Positions 52,230 through 64,000 of a stretch of 64,000 nt of DNA are shown piece by piece. The notes beneath the pieces were generated by a model. The model did no database searches, was not told the DNA's origin, and was given only the letters and a program-made list of their open reading frames with translations. The translations under genes were made by a program, and so were the position numbers. Position 1 is the first letter of the stretch, and every line of letters begins with the position of its first letter. Location: NCBI RefSeq assembly GCF_006345805.1, contig NC_043004.1, positions 41,788,001-41,852,000 of the forward strand, in the 5' to 3' direction. This DNA is from Octopus sinensis. Its lineage: Eukaryota.

Positions 52230-54783
52230 CGAGTTGTTGGTTTTGATTGTCTAAGCAGCAGGTCGGCCGGATTTCTTTCAACGTCTAGAGGTTTTCCTGG
52301 GAACGTCTCGACCTTTGCTTTTAGTGAGGGATTGGAACGCTACTTTGGACACGCAGCTAGACTACTGGGTAGCAATAGGAATAGGAGGAGATGTAAATGC
52401 CTCAAAGACCTGCTCAGATGTTTCCAACTGTCTGACAGGTAGCGACTGGGCCACCCGCATATGCCAATGTGGACATGGAGTAGCCGCATTGTGTCGTCCA
52501 GATCGTATTTAGATAGAGTATTTTGTAGAACAGTGGATAGGGATAGTGTAGGTTGTCCACAATTTCGTATAGTCAGCTACACAGGTCACAGGCAGGGCGC
52601 TGGTTACTGGAAACTGAGCGTATAGTCCACGGCGCGACAGGCTTACAAACAGTACGTTTGATGAATAAGTGAAAAGTAAATGCTTAAAATAAAAAAAATT
52701 TGATTGGCGTTGACGGGAGCCATCGTCAACAATAGATGGTGATATGCCCTATAGAAAGCAATCAAAGCAGAATCGGTTGTAAGGTTCTATCGATAGATCG
52801 AAATAGAATAGAGGGAGACCTAGTTAAGAAATTAGAAGAGGCACATAGAAGTAGTATGGCGTCGAAATTGGTTCTCAACCAACACTTCTACGCCAGACAC
52901 GAAGGATGCGTTGTCAGAGCTAGGATGCGTCCTCTGAGAAACGTAGGAAATGAACCCGCCCGAGAGATCCGAGTGGCGAAGCGCAACGAGGCAGCAAAGC
53001 CACCAGTAGGTCTCTGACAGATGAACAGAAGCGCGGGCCCGAAAGGATGTGTAAGGCCTTTCAACAGTATTTTGCCCAACTGTTCGGGACAACTGGTGGG
53101 TCAGAACGAAGAGTGGACTTTATTGCCTACCTGCATGGCCCGCAACGATTCTCGGCAAGACTGGCGGAGCGTTGTGAAAAGCCCATCACAACCGCGGACG
53201 TACGGGATGCGATGGCATGCTGCGCAGGAGACAAGTCGCCAGGCTTCGATTGTCTACCCTAAGAACTTTATTGTCAAATGCCAGACTTGTCTGGAGGCGT
53301 CTTGGCAGTAGTCTATTGTAACTGGCAGCAAAACTGGACTATCCTTAGTTTTGTGAGCCGAGGAGCGGTAGCATTGCTAAAGAAAGATCTAAACAAGGGA
53401 AACGTCATAGATAACGTCAGACTCATCAATCTGCTCAACGTAGATTGAAGATTTTGGCCAAGTTACTAGCCGAGAGGTTAGCGCTTGTCATCGAGAAACT
53501 ATTCGACAAAGTGTAAACATGCGCCGTGCCGGGAAGGAGTATCCATAACAACCTCCATCTGATGCGCTACATCATAGATAGGGTAGTCAAGGAACCTGGC
53601 TTGGGTGGAGCGCTGATCAATGTGGATCAATCGAAAACTTTCGGTTGAGTCAACCATCGTTACTTGGAGTCTGTCTTTAGAGCGGCTGGTTTCGGTCCCG
53701 TTTTCCGCGGTTGGATCGCTGCCTTATACATCGGCATCCGCTCGGTAGTTCGCGTAAATGGTCATCTATCTAGACTATCTATTTAATATCACGCTTTCAG
53801 TTCGTGAAGGATGCTCTCTCTCGTCGCTTCTGTACGTATTCATTGTAGAGCCACTGTTGCGGAAGCTGGTGACGCTGCGCGGCATCCCGCGAGAACTGGG
53901 TGGAGCGTGTCTGATGATGCGCAGACATGTGCTGAGATTGTGACATCTCCGGCGCTTCATAGACGACGGTGAACAGGTATGTTCGCTGTTTGTGAGACGC
54001 GCTTTCCCGTAGCTTGTCTCTTTGGCCGAGCTGCAGTTATGGATCAGAGAGAGAGCAAGGCTAGGCGAATGGTACCGCAAGTGCCGTCTTGCCCTCTAGC
54101 AAATCTGTCGTCCGGGACCGAACTTGTGCGACTTCAATTCCACGAATACTATAGAGGAATAGTGGAGGGGAGGTGCGACGAAGTTTCATGGGAGAATCTG
54201 GCCGTCGACGAGGAACGAACACCTGACCCGCCTCCTCAGGACCACGTTCGGGCCGGGACCTATGAACAATCACCAGAGATCCCTGGCCTGGCACTGCTAT
54301 CGGGAAGCATTGCCCGTTTGGGATAAGCACTACAAGCACGGTTCGAGAAACACCGGACCGACTTGCCCGAGATGCGGTCAGAGCGACGAAACCGTTCTGC
54401 ACGCACTCGTGCAGTGTCCAACCATTTCGGACCTGTGGGCTTATGTCGAACGGCTGCTGTCACGTATGGGACAAATTCAGTTATCCGCCGAGTCTATCGT
54501 GAATATTGCCCCGCCCCCTTCCTTAACCGGGATGGCAAGGCAGTTTTCATTCTACTGGGGGATATGGTGAAAGAATGCGTGTGGTGGACTCGTCCGAAAG
54601 GTTTAGAGACACACACTTTCCTCTGTGGCCAATCGCTCATCAACTTTTTTAGATACCTCTTGAAAAGGAACGTGAGAATAGAGATGAAAATTTTGTCTCA
54701 TGAAAGTTTCAATAAAAGGTGGGTGAATGTAGCAAAAATGGTACGCGTGCATGACGAAACCACTTTCAGCATGATGCTGTAAC
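52230..54783 (+). pseudogene. Decayed Tx1/L1-clade LINE ORF2 (EN remnant, RT, C-terminal CCHC) with an internal deletion
   Basis: LVRDWNATLD; SYLDRVF; DKSPGFD; RLINLLNVD; TCAVPGRSIHNNLHLMR; SVREGCSLSSLLYVFIVEPLL; TCPRCGQSDETVLHALVQCP. (GA)n follows at 54790-54860. Confidence 0.92.
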
Positions 54784-54787
54784 CCCA

Positions 54788-54856
<69 letters not shown>

Positions 54857-55106
54857 AGAGAGCGCTTTGCTCTCATGTCTTTCTTTCTCTGCCTGAGTTT
54901 ACCGGGGTCTTTTTCGTAGGCTTTTCTTTCTGCGGATAAACCTAATCTGTTTTACATTTTTACTGCCACTTATTTTGCTGTTTACACGTCTCATACGCTT
55001 TTGATCGTATTTCTTTCTTTCTTTCTTTCTTTCGAAAAGAAAAGAAAAGTTCTTTATTTATATTATTTACAATTCACCGATATTTGGCCTCATCTATTTT
55101 GTTGTT

Positions 55107-55152
55107 AACTCAACGTTTCGGCTGATACACCCTCCATCCTTCATCAGGTGTC
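55107..55152 (-). ncRNA. Minimal hammerhead ribozyme motif in a short repeat (~55065-55230)
   Basis: Minus strand: ACAC-CTGATGA-A-GGATG(GAGGGTGTAT)CAGCC-GAAACGTT-GAGT, with palindromic AACGTT. One mismatch each in stems I and II. Confidence 0.72.
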
Positions 55153-56024
55153 TTGGAGAAATTCGAACCTGAAATTTCCTAAGGTATTTTTCGATGTTGT
55201 TGTTGTTGTTGTTGTTACTCAGGTCACTGCCTTATAGCAACAATTGTGTAGACTATTTGCTCGCCATCAGATTTGAATCTTCCTCGGAATTCAGCCTACT
55301 ACGTTAGAGACGAAACCACTATAGTCCAATATACAAATAAGTCATGATGTTTCTGGTTAGAACATTTTTGATTATAATACCCCTCGATTAAGGTCGACCT
55401 GGGATTATATAATAATATCTCGGCATTGTTTGATGATTTTATTTATAGCTTTCTGTTTTTTAACGAAGATGTTGACAATATCACTAAGCAGTCAACTGAT
55501 AAATTTTATTTTTCACAAGGGATATGATCTAGTGTTTTATATACTAATTTGCAGCTGCTAGATATTTTTTCTCGTAAAGGTATGTCGTAGAATGTATATT
55601 TATTTAAATAAGTTATCGTATGAGGTGAAGATATCGGAATGCGAAGGTTGATATTCAGTTAGAATATTTGAAAGTCATTGTTTGCGGGCAAATCGTGACT
55701 GGAGAGAGAATTCTAGCAGACTGCATTCATGGAGTAGGAATTTGGGTGAAATATTTTCGAGCGGGGTCTGAAAGATGAGATAGAAAAAAGAACAACCGAG
55801 AGTAGGTTTTGTCTTGAAAATATATCGTTATATTAGAAACAGAGAAGAGATGGTGAAGAAACTGTACATCTGGCAGATGAACGAAACTAAGATAGAAAAG
55901 GAAAAAAAATGAAAGAAACAAGCAAAAAATAAAATACAAAGGAAATTGAGGGAATGAGAACAGAGAAGAAATAAATGTACAAAAAGAGAAAAATGAGACA
56001 ATAGAATACGATGAAGTGATATAG

Positions 56025-56242
56025 AGAAGGGGCTAAACATAGAGGGGACAAACAAGGACAGACACAGGGATTAAGTCGATTACATCGACCCCAGTGCGTA
56101 ACTGGTACTTAATTTATTGACCCCGAAAGGATGAAATGCAAAGACGACCTCAGCGGAATTTGAACTCAGAACGTAACGACAGACGAAATACGGCTACGCA
56201 TTTCGCCCGGCGTGCTAACGTTTCTGCCAGCTCGCCGCCTTT
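56025..56242 (-). mobile_element. Meta-like SINE copy
   Basis: Reverse complement of the 58803 family. Confidence 0.9.
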
Positions 56243-58105
56243 GAGGCATATAGTGAGAGGCATATAGTGCACGAGACTACTACAGGTCAAATCTACAGAC
56301 GAACTTGTATCAATTCTCTAGTTATCTGAGCCGAAAGGAAAATAGCAAAATTGTTAAACGCAGAGTATCCATATATTTTCGAATTTTTCCCCATTTTGTT
56401 TTATTAACTGTACAAAAGTAAAATTATAAACATAACAAACAGACGACAGTGTCATTCTAACTGTTCTCTCTATTATTAACTTATTGAAATAGGAATGATT
56501 TACGTCATAATCCTGTGACCCTTGTAACTTGATATCTGTTAGCGAGACAATAGATGTAGTTGGCCAAATCGATGAAATGCCGGACACGTCAAACTGTGTC
56601 ACCGACGCTACCCGATGTCCATTACTACGAAACAAGTTCATGAACGAGCATTTAGGTAAACGATTGGAAAATCTTCATTTACAAATTTCAAATCTACGTG
56701 TGTTTGAAATAATTATCAATAATATAGGGTGAAATTAATTAATTTAGAAATAATCATTAATTTCACCAAGTAGAGTTCGGCATGTAAAAGACCCATTCAA
56801 GGAAGGTTTAAGTAATACTAATTAATTAAGGGTTCAGCAACGATTTGCCTCACCACATACCGAATTTAGAAATAGCAGTCAAAAAGTTTTGGCTATTCTT
56901 TCTACTTAAAAGAGCGATCCCAGTAAAACCAAAGCACTTAAAAAACAAACTACGCAGGCAAAATGTATGTATGGAAGAGTATGCTGAGAAAATTGAGATA
57001 GATGTATAAGATAAATGTGATTATGATAACGATGGGGAGAAGAAGATCAGTTGAAGTAATGAAGGCTGTCAAAAAGGGTCAATCGATTACATCTTTCTAG
57101 TATTTGCTTGGTACTTTATTTTATCGACCTTGAAAAGAGGAAAGCAAAGTTGACAGCGGCAGGATTTTTACCCAGAACTTAAAGAGACGGAACAAATTCC
57201 GTAAGGCGTTTGTCTTTGACGCACTAACGATTCTACCAATCCACCCACCTAACTGAGCGAAGAGCAACAGAAAGAAAAATAGATAGTATCAAAGAAGAAT
57301 ACAAAGTAGAAAATGAGAAAGAACAAATAACATGGAATGAGACAGAAAAGAAGAAGAAATATGATAGAAAGAAATACGGAAAATGGCGGAAGAAATGAAG
57401 ATAGATTGCAGAGAAGTACGAAAGGTAGGAAAGATAAAAATGAGAACTGCATAAGTGATTGAATACATAAATGGCCAAATAAGTGAAAGAAATGAATGAA
57501 GAAAAGAATGGATAGAGAAATAAAAATAACGAAAGAGAGAAATTACGACAGGAAAAAACCCCAGCAATGCCAACATATTCGAAAAATATATAAACATAAA
57601 AAATTAAAATAAAACCGCAACAATAACAGTAACAAAAACAATAATGCAAATTATATGTGAACATTTTTTCTCAGACTGCATCAATTAAAAATCTTTCCCT
57701 CACGGGTCTGGAGTAAAAATTTCATTTGTTGTTAGCCATTAATCAGCTGAAAGACGTGTTCAATTGTCCGTACAACGGAATCTTAGAAGTAAGTAGCAAG
57801 AGATTTCTAAGTTCGTTCATGAGTAACTGTTCTGCTTGCTGCTTGTTGTCTCTACAATCCCCCATTCGCTGGTTCCAATCCAACCAAATGGTCTTGCATT
57901 CAATTGATCTCCCTCTGCCTCTCTCTGTGTACATACATACATACACACAAATATGTATATGTATATGTATATATATATATATATTATATATATATATATA
58001 TATATAATATATATATATATATTATATATATATATACATTTATATACATATATACATTTATACATATTACATTATATATATATATACACACATATACATA
58101 CATAC

Positions 58106-58145
<40 letters not shown>

Positions 58146-58505
58146 ATATAATATGTATAAATGTATTGACTGTATGTTGTGTGCATGGTACTGTGCGTGC
58201 GTGTGTGGGTTAAATATGTATATGTGTGTGATGTTTGTAGGTATGTTTGTGCGTGTGCATGCATAAAGAATGGACAGAGAGTAAACTGGTTGTGCAGCCA
58301 CTCACTCATATTCTTGTTTTTCGCTCCCTCCACCGAATTCTTCCACAACTTTCTCCTCCTCTTCCTCCTCCTTCTCCTCTTTCTCTCCTTCTCCTCTAAC
58401 ACTTTCTTTTTGTGTAGTTAGCTTTTTGCTAATTCTCGTTATTAATCCGATAAAATGACACTAACAGTTCTTCTACGTTATTTCACACACATACAGATAG
58501 ATAGG

Positions 58506-58540
<35 letters not shown>

Positions 58541-58802
58541 GTAGATAGAGATAGGAGAGGGAAAGACTGACGGAGGGGGAAGAGCAATGTCATCCTCTGT
58601 CTGTATCTTCCGCACATTACTTCCACTATATCTCTATATTTCTCTTTCTTTGTCATAATGTATATGCGCGTATTTGTGTGCGTATGTCTATGTGTGTGTG
58701 GCTATGTGTATGTATGTGTGTGTGTGTATGTGTCCGTCTGTGCTTCATATATGTTCGCATATATGTGAGGTGTGCATGAGTGTGTTAATATGTGTTCGTG
58801 TT

Positions 58803-59205
58803 AAGGCGGCGAGCTGGCAGAAACGTTAGCACGCCGGGCGAACTGCGTTGCCGTATTTCGTCTGCCGTTACGTTCTGAGTTCAAATTCTGCCGAGGTCGA
58901 TTTTGCCTGTCATCCTTTCGGGGTCGATAAATTAAGTACCAGTTACGCACTGGGGTCGATGTAATCGACTTAATACGTTTGTCTGTTCTTGTTTGTCCCC
59001 TCTGTGTTTAGCCACTTGTGGGTAGTAAAGAAATAGGCATTTCATCCGTCTCTACATTCTGAGTTCAAATTCCGCCGAGGTTGACTTTGCCTTTCATCAT
59101 TTCGGGGTCGATAAATTAAGTACCAGTTGCATACTGGGATCGGATCGATCTAATCGACTGGCCCTCTAACCCAAAATTTCGAGCCTTGTGCCTAGAGTGG
59201 AAAAG
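58803..59205 (+). mobile_element. Meta-like SINE, full-length copy plus tandem partial copy
   Basis: AAGGCGGCGAGCTGGCAGAAACGTTAGC...GAGTTCAAAT (B box)...GAGGTCGATTTTGCCTGTCATCCTTTCGGGGTCGATAAATTAAGTACCAG. Confidence 0.9.
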
Positions 59206-59968
59206 AATATGTGTTCGTGTTGGAGTTTGTATGTGTGTATGCTCGTGCTAGGGTTGATCCAGACAGCTGCAAATCTAAATTCATGTAGAATATTTCATAC
59301 ATTACAGAGTAACTTTACCTGTTGTGAGTTCGTGTCATAGCGGTGTATATACTTTCATTTTGTCCTCATCAATGAAAGATAAGTACAAACTGAGGTTACC
59401 CAGGTTCGAAAATTCTCTGATGGAGCGACTATGGTCATTCGATTTGCTACAGATAAGTTTTCCAAATGACGAATTACACTATACCATGTGAATAATAAAG
59501 AAGATACACGATGGATAATGTTCACGATGCACAATATCTGAAGCACTAAAATGGGGGATACTTTGTTGGTGTCAATCCCATCATGGGGCTCTTGAATTAA
59601 TGGTGATCTGAAGGTAAACGATTAGGCAATTTCGATTACAAGATGTCATCACGTTATTTATCTTAATGCCATTACTGTTCCGAGAAAAGGCACCAGTAGT
59701 TTTTGATACTGAAGATTTGGCAGACACGTTGACAAAAATGTTTATTGACAAGAAGTGTTTATTAACATAAAAGAGTTTCGCTCTTGTAAATAACCCGTCA
59801 CTGATCCGGTGTCCTAAAGTAGAAATAATTATACCTTCTAAGTAAGTTTATCTAAATACATCTCTTGGTCAATTCACATCACGTGGCTTGGTTGGCGAAA
59901 CAGCGACACCAGATAATTTTATTTATTATTGCACATGGTAGATCAGCGGTGACATTTTCCAGTATTGA

Positions 59969-60394
59969 TTCAGGACATCCGTATACCGCAAGCCGACAAT
60001 CATTGGCCGCAACCTCAAATTCAATTCCTACCATCAATACAGTGTAAAGAGCGGGATTGCTCAGTACCTAAAACATCGAGCAAAGAATATAAGTAACGAT
60101 CATGATACCCACCACGAAGAAATGGTGAAGCCCAGTAACAATCTATTAAGTAACAACTTCCCAAGAATATACCATCCACTCCAATTATGAAGAAAAGAGA
60201 GGATGAAACCAATACTGTCCACAGTCTGTCTATCCTATGTGAAAGGCTTCTCTAAAAAGATATAAAATATATGCGGCCAATATGACATCAGGGTAGTATT
60301 CAAAAGTAATACAACACTTCGCAAATATCTCCTTAGAGTAAAACCACCAATAGAAGAGAATATGACCAAAGACTTCGTGTACTCCATCCCATGC
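59969..60394 (+). pseudogene. Penelope-like RT thumb, linker and start of the GIY-YIG domain
   Basis: SVYRKPT...LKFNSYHQYSVKSGIAQYLKHRAKNIS...NLLSNNFP; VCLSYVKGFSKKI*NICGQYDIRVVFKSNTTLRKYLLRVKPPIEENMTKDFVYSIPC. Confidence 0.9.
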
Positions 60395-63300
60395 ATCCTA
60401 TTTCACACCACTGAGGCTTCAAGAAAATTATTTTAAACAATCGATTTAGATGGAGATAGGACAGCTGAAACAAGACGCAATGATTAAAGGCCCTTGCGTT
60501 CCAGAAGAATTTTCTATCTATAGTCAAAGATATTTTAGACTTATTCAGTAGTTCCGAAAATAGTAACTGCTTCAGTCTTGTGAATCTCCGACTTATTGCA
60601 CAGGATCCCCACAAAGCGGCTAATAGTGAAAGGTATTTCAGTAACAGGGTATTTCCTTGTACATTTCTGACGTATTGGCACCATTGTCCTATCTTTGACT
60701 GCTGGAACATCCTATAATATGCTATTTTAATGATTCTATCCTTTAAAGTGTTGCTGATTTAGAACCCGTTTTCTCGCAAAAGTCGTTGGAAGAGAGAAAT
60801 GTGTTTTGAATTTTTAAACTCACAAGTTGTATATTAAAGGTAACGTATTAAAACTGTTGCTCGATATACATGTGTATAACCTGGTGTTGCATAAAGTTTT
60901 ATTGAATAAAATTTTACCTTTGATATTTTAGAGTATATGTTTGAAAACAAGACTATATTCAGGTTAAATTCACCTAACAAATAATGTGCATGCAACCTTA
61001 TGTTTTGTCCTGACTTGCTTTGACTGCATGAAATGCGTTTGAAGCACATAATCCAAAGAAACAGGAGTTCAAACCCTCCAAAGAGTTATTACTGTCAATA
61101 TAGAAAATCGCATAAGATACACCAAGGAATTCTAACCTCATTTCACTAAGAACTAAAATTTCAGTTAGACTATAACATTCTAGTATATTTGGTCTTTTCT
61201 GCTACGATTTTTATTCGGGGAAAATGTGTCTCGCACTCCAACGAGTAATCCACTGGGTTTCTGTTGATATTGTTTACTACTTAGCCCTTTTGGAAGAAAT
61301 ATCCGGATCCGGAAATGTCCTCTTACCTTCTTATTTCTGTTTCTTTTTTGATTCTCTTTCACTTTTCTCTTCTTGTGTTCTGAATATCTGTTTATACATT
61401 GCAATGATATGTCTGAAATATACGCACGAAAATAAATGTTTATTGGGATCACATCTATGATAATTTATATATGATATTTCTTTTTATCTCCTACATATTA
61501 ATAGAAAAAGACCTATTACGATCTAGTTGCTACTCTAATGCAATAATAATTACTCACCACGTGATACGTAATATCAGAATAGGTGCTTTAGATGGAGCAC
61601 ATTTCCGATATGGAACATTCAAGATCCTAATTCGTACCATTAATCAAATCAAGGATTACAGGTGTTACTATAAACGAATATATTTGATAATATAGTCTTC
61701 TATATTCTATAACTAAAAATAAAATGGAGGTTTTGCAATGGAATGCTTTCATTTATAGGTCTTTTCAGTTAACTAGGGACTCAATGCCTCATTCCCACTA
61801 AAACAGCAGTAGCAACAACAATAACAATAAAAGCAAAGAAAAAATGAATAAAACAAAAGATTATTCTGCTAACGTTTTCGAGATTTTCGGACGTGATAAA
61901 TTTCTAATTATTCTTTCTCTGAAAATATATTCGTCATCGTGCTTGGTCGAAGGAGACCAACGTATATCTTTAATTGATATAGTCTTGTGATGCTGTTGGT
62001 TTTGGCTCTTCTCATACTAGAATATGAATAAAACATGTTTTGTTTAGCAATGAACTACGGTTTTTCTTTTTGTAATATAAAATTTGTTGTACTACTTTGA
62101 ATATTTTAAAAAGTAGATTTACGAGCAAATAAATTAGGTGGGTGTATTTATCGTCATATTTTTATTGCGACACAGGTGACTTCGGAATTGTAGAAGTGGA
62201 ATAGTAGCAGATTAAGTGCTGTGATAGTTACCTGCATATTTCTATATTCTGATTTCCAACTCAGCTGAAGTTGATACTGTCTTTCATTCTAATGTGTTGT
62301 TGAAATAATTACGCCAATGAAATATTAGTTATATTATTTCAGCGACTATATCCTCTTTCAAATTAAGTATATTTCTTTTGTATGTTTCTAATGTTAGAAA
62401 TCAACTTAAAAAAGACATAACCACCTCTCAAAAATAAATATGTACTCTGCTTTCTCCAACTGTTTTAGATAACTATGTATTCGCAAACCGGCATGCATAC
62501 TTCGTTAGCCATACCATTACCACATACATTGATGCCAAAAGGGATGAAAGGTAAAGTCGACCTCAGAGGAATTGAAACTCGGAATGTGAGTGCTAACGAT
62601 TCTGCCAGCTCGCTTCCTTGCGCCATTCTTTTATGGAGATCAAGTCAACAACCTTCTACTTTTCAAATATTTCTCTACTCTGTAAACCGAATTTATGACA
62701 TTTGCAAATTGTATTTAGTTTCGTTTTCCCGCAGATTTTTGGGTTATATCCAATTGTGATACCCTTAGCTTTCAATATCTTGGTGTCGGTAAAGTATACT
62801 CCCCGATACGCACACCCTTCAAATCTGCTGTGTTATATACTAACTTTCGAGCATGAAGACCAGTAAGGAGGCAGCGATGACAGACATAACCGCCGTAGCA
62901 GTGGGGTTGTTTCTTGCTTTGACATCTTTGCTAGCTGTAGCAAAATGTTGATTCTGGAGTAATTGTTTAACAGGCTATATATGTGTTGACTCTGAAAACG
63001 GTGGTAATGCTTTAGTACAACATAGCAATGAAACAAAGAAGGCTTCTCAATAAACAAAAAATATCGAGGGTGAAATGTGATAATAATAAGAAGAGCAAAA
63101 CGTGTCGAAATGCCACAGTAACAATAACATAGTCAACAGAAATAAGATCAACAACTACAGTAACCTCAAAACAAGAAAATAAAGTAGTAAAATGGCACGC
63201 GACAATATGAACAACAACCTTGCTGTTATCCCATGAACAGCACGTCATCCAACTGCTTACTTCACTAGTACCATCATTATCATCACCCATTGCCTCACCA

Positions 63301-63589
63301 TCAGCCATTGCAAGAAATTGGACACAAATCTATCGTAGCTGAGATCAGCAAAACAACTAAACTTTTTGCTAATCTTGCAATAGATATTGCTATCATTATT
63401 GCCAGCATGACCACCACCACTGTTTCTACGTCAGTTGACACCTCCATCCTTTCTGATAGCAACACCAATAGCAACAACAGTAATAAAAAATAGATATGGC
63501 AAAATTTCTGCAAAGAGTGTCACCGACCGACAAGAGATACAGAATGAAATAGCCGAGATAAGCCACGGGAATCTTCCGTGAGATAATCT

Positions 63590-63812
63590 ATTTCTTTATT
63601 GCCCACAAGTGGCTAAACACAGAGGGGACGAACAAGGACAGACAAACGGATTAAGTCGATTATATCGACCCCAGTGCGTAACTGGTACTTAATTTATCGA
63701 TCCGAAAGGATGAAAGGCAAAGTCGACCTCGGCGAAATTTGAACTCTGAACGTAGCGGCAGACGAAATATCGCTAAGCATTTTGACCGTCGCGCTAACGT
63801 TTCTGCCAGCTC
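63590..63812 (-). mobile_element. Meta-like SINE copy
   Basis: Same blocks as 2195-3065. Confidence 0.9.
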
Positions 63813-64000
63813 AATCAATAGATGCAAAGTGTCATAGAAGTGCCGAGATATAAAATATCGACGAGTGGAGAGACCAACACGTGTGAAGAGAAAAGTAGCT
63901 GATCGCCCTAATTAAGCTACCAAATGCATTCGATGTTTTTTAGTGACAGTGAAAGCCTCTGGTTCTACATGTGCAGTGTCACCAGCCATCAAAAAGATAT

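Noticed and set aside
59350-59700. Possible Tc3/Tc1 transposase remnant or host exon
   Set aside because: Only faint motif resemblance across frameshifts; not supportable by eye.
61375-61430. CTGAATA...GAAATATACG HHR-like spacing
   Set aside because: Stems cannot be formed convincingly.
63012-63513. Thr/Ser/Asn-rich ORFs
   Set aside because: Low-complexity trinucleotide-derived sequence with stops and no splice or domain support.

Overview
AT-rich, repeat-saturated eukaryotic non-coding DNA (intronic or intergenic), probably from an octopod cephalopod; this is inferred from the tRNA-derived SINE families and microsatellite load. I found no supportable host protein-coding exon, and nearly all listed ORFs are microsatellite or antisense artefacts. 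The window holds a near full-length CR1-clade LINE (13141-18705, minus) whose ORF1 appears to combine a Myb/SANT-like domain with a CCCH finger, behind a 1.1-kb tandem-repeat 5' UTR. It also holds decayed Tx1/L1, Dong/R4, Hero, Penelope, Helitron, Tigger and Tc1 remnants, several MITEs, three SINE families and a 100-N gap. The most notable hidden signal is a dense set of hammerhead-ribozyme (HHR) motifs, about 8 well formed and several degenerate. They sit at the 3' ends of Penelope-like or short non-coding elements, mostly next to (TA)n runs. Several are arranged as fold-back palindromes with an HHR in each arm, the largest being a near-perfect 1.1-kb palindrome at 49313-50414. All calls were made by eye, and the boundaries of decayed elements are approximate.
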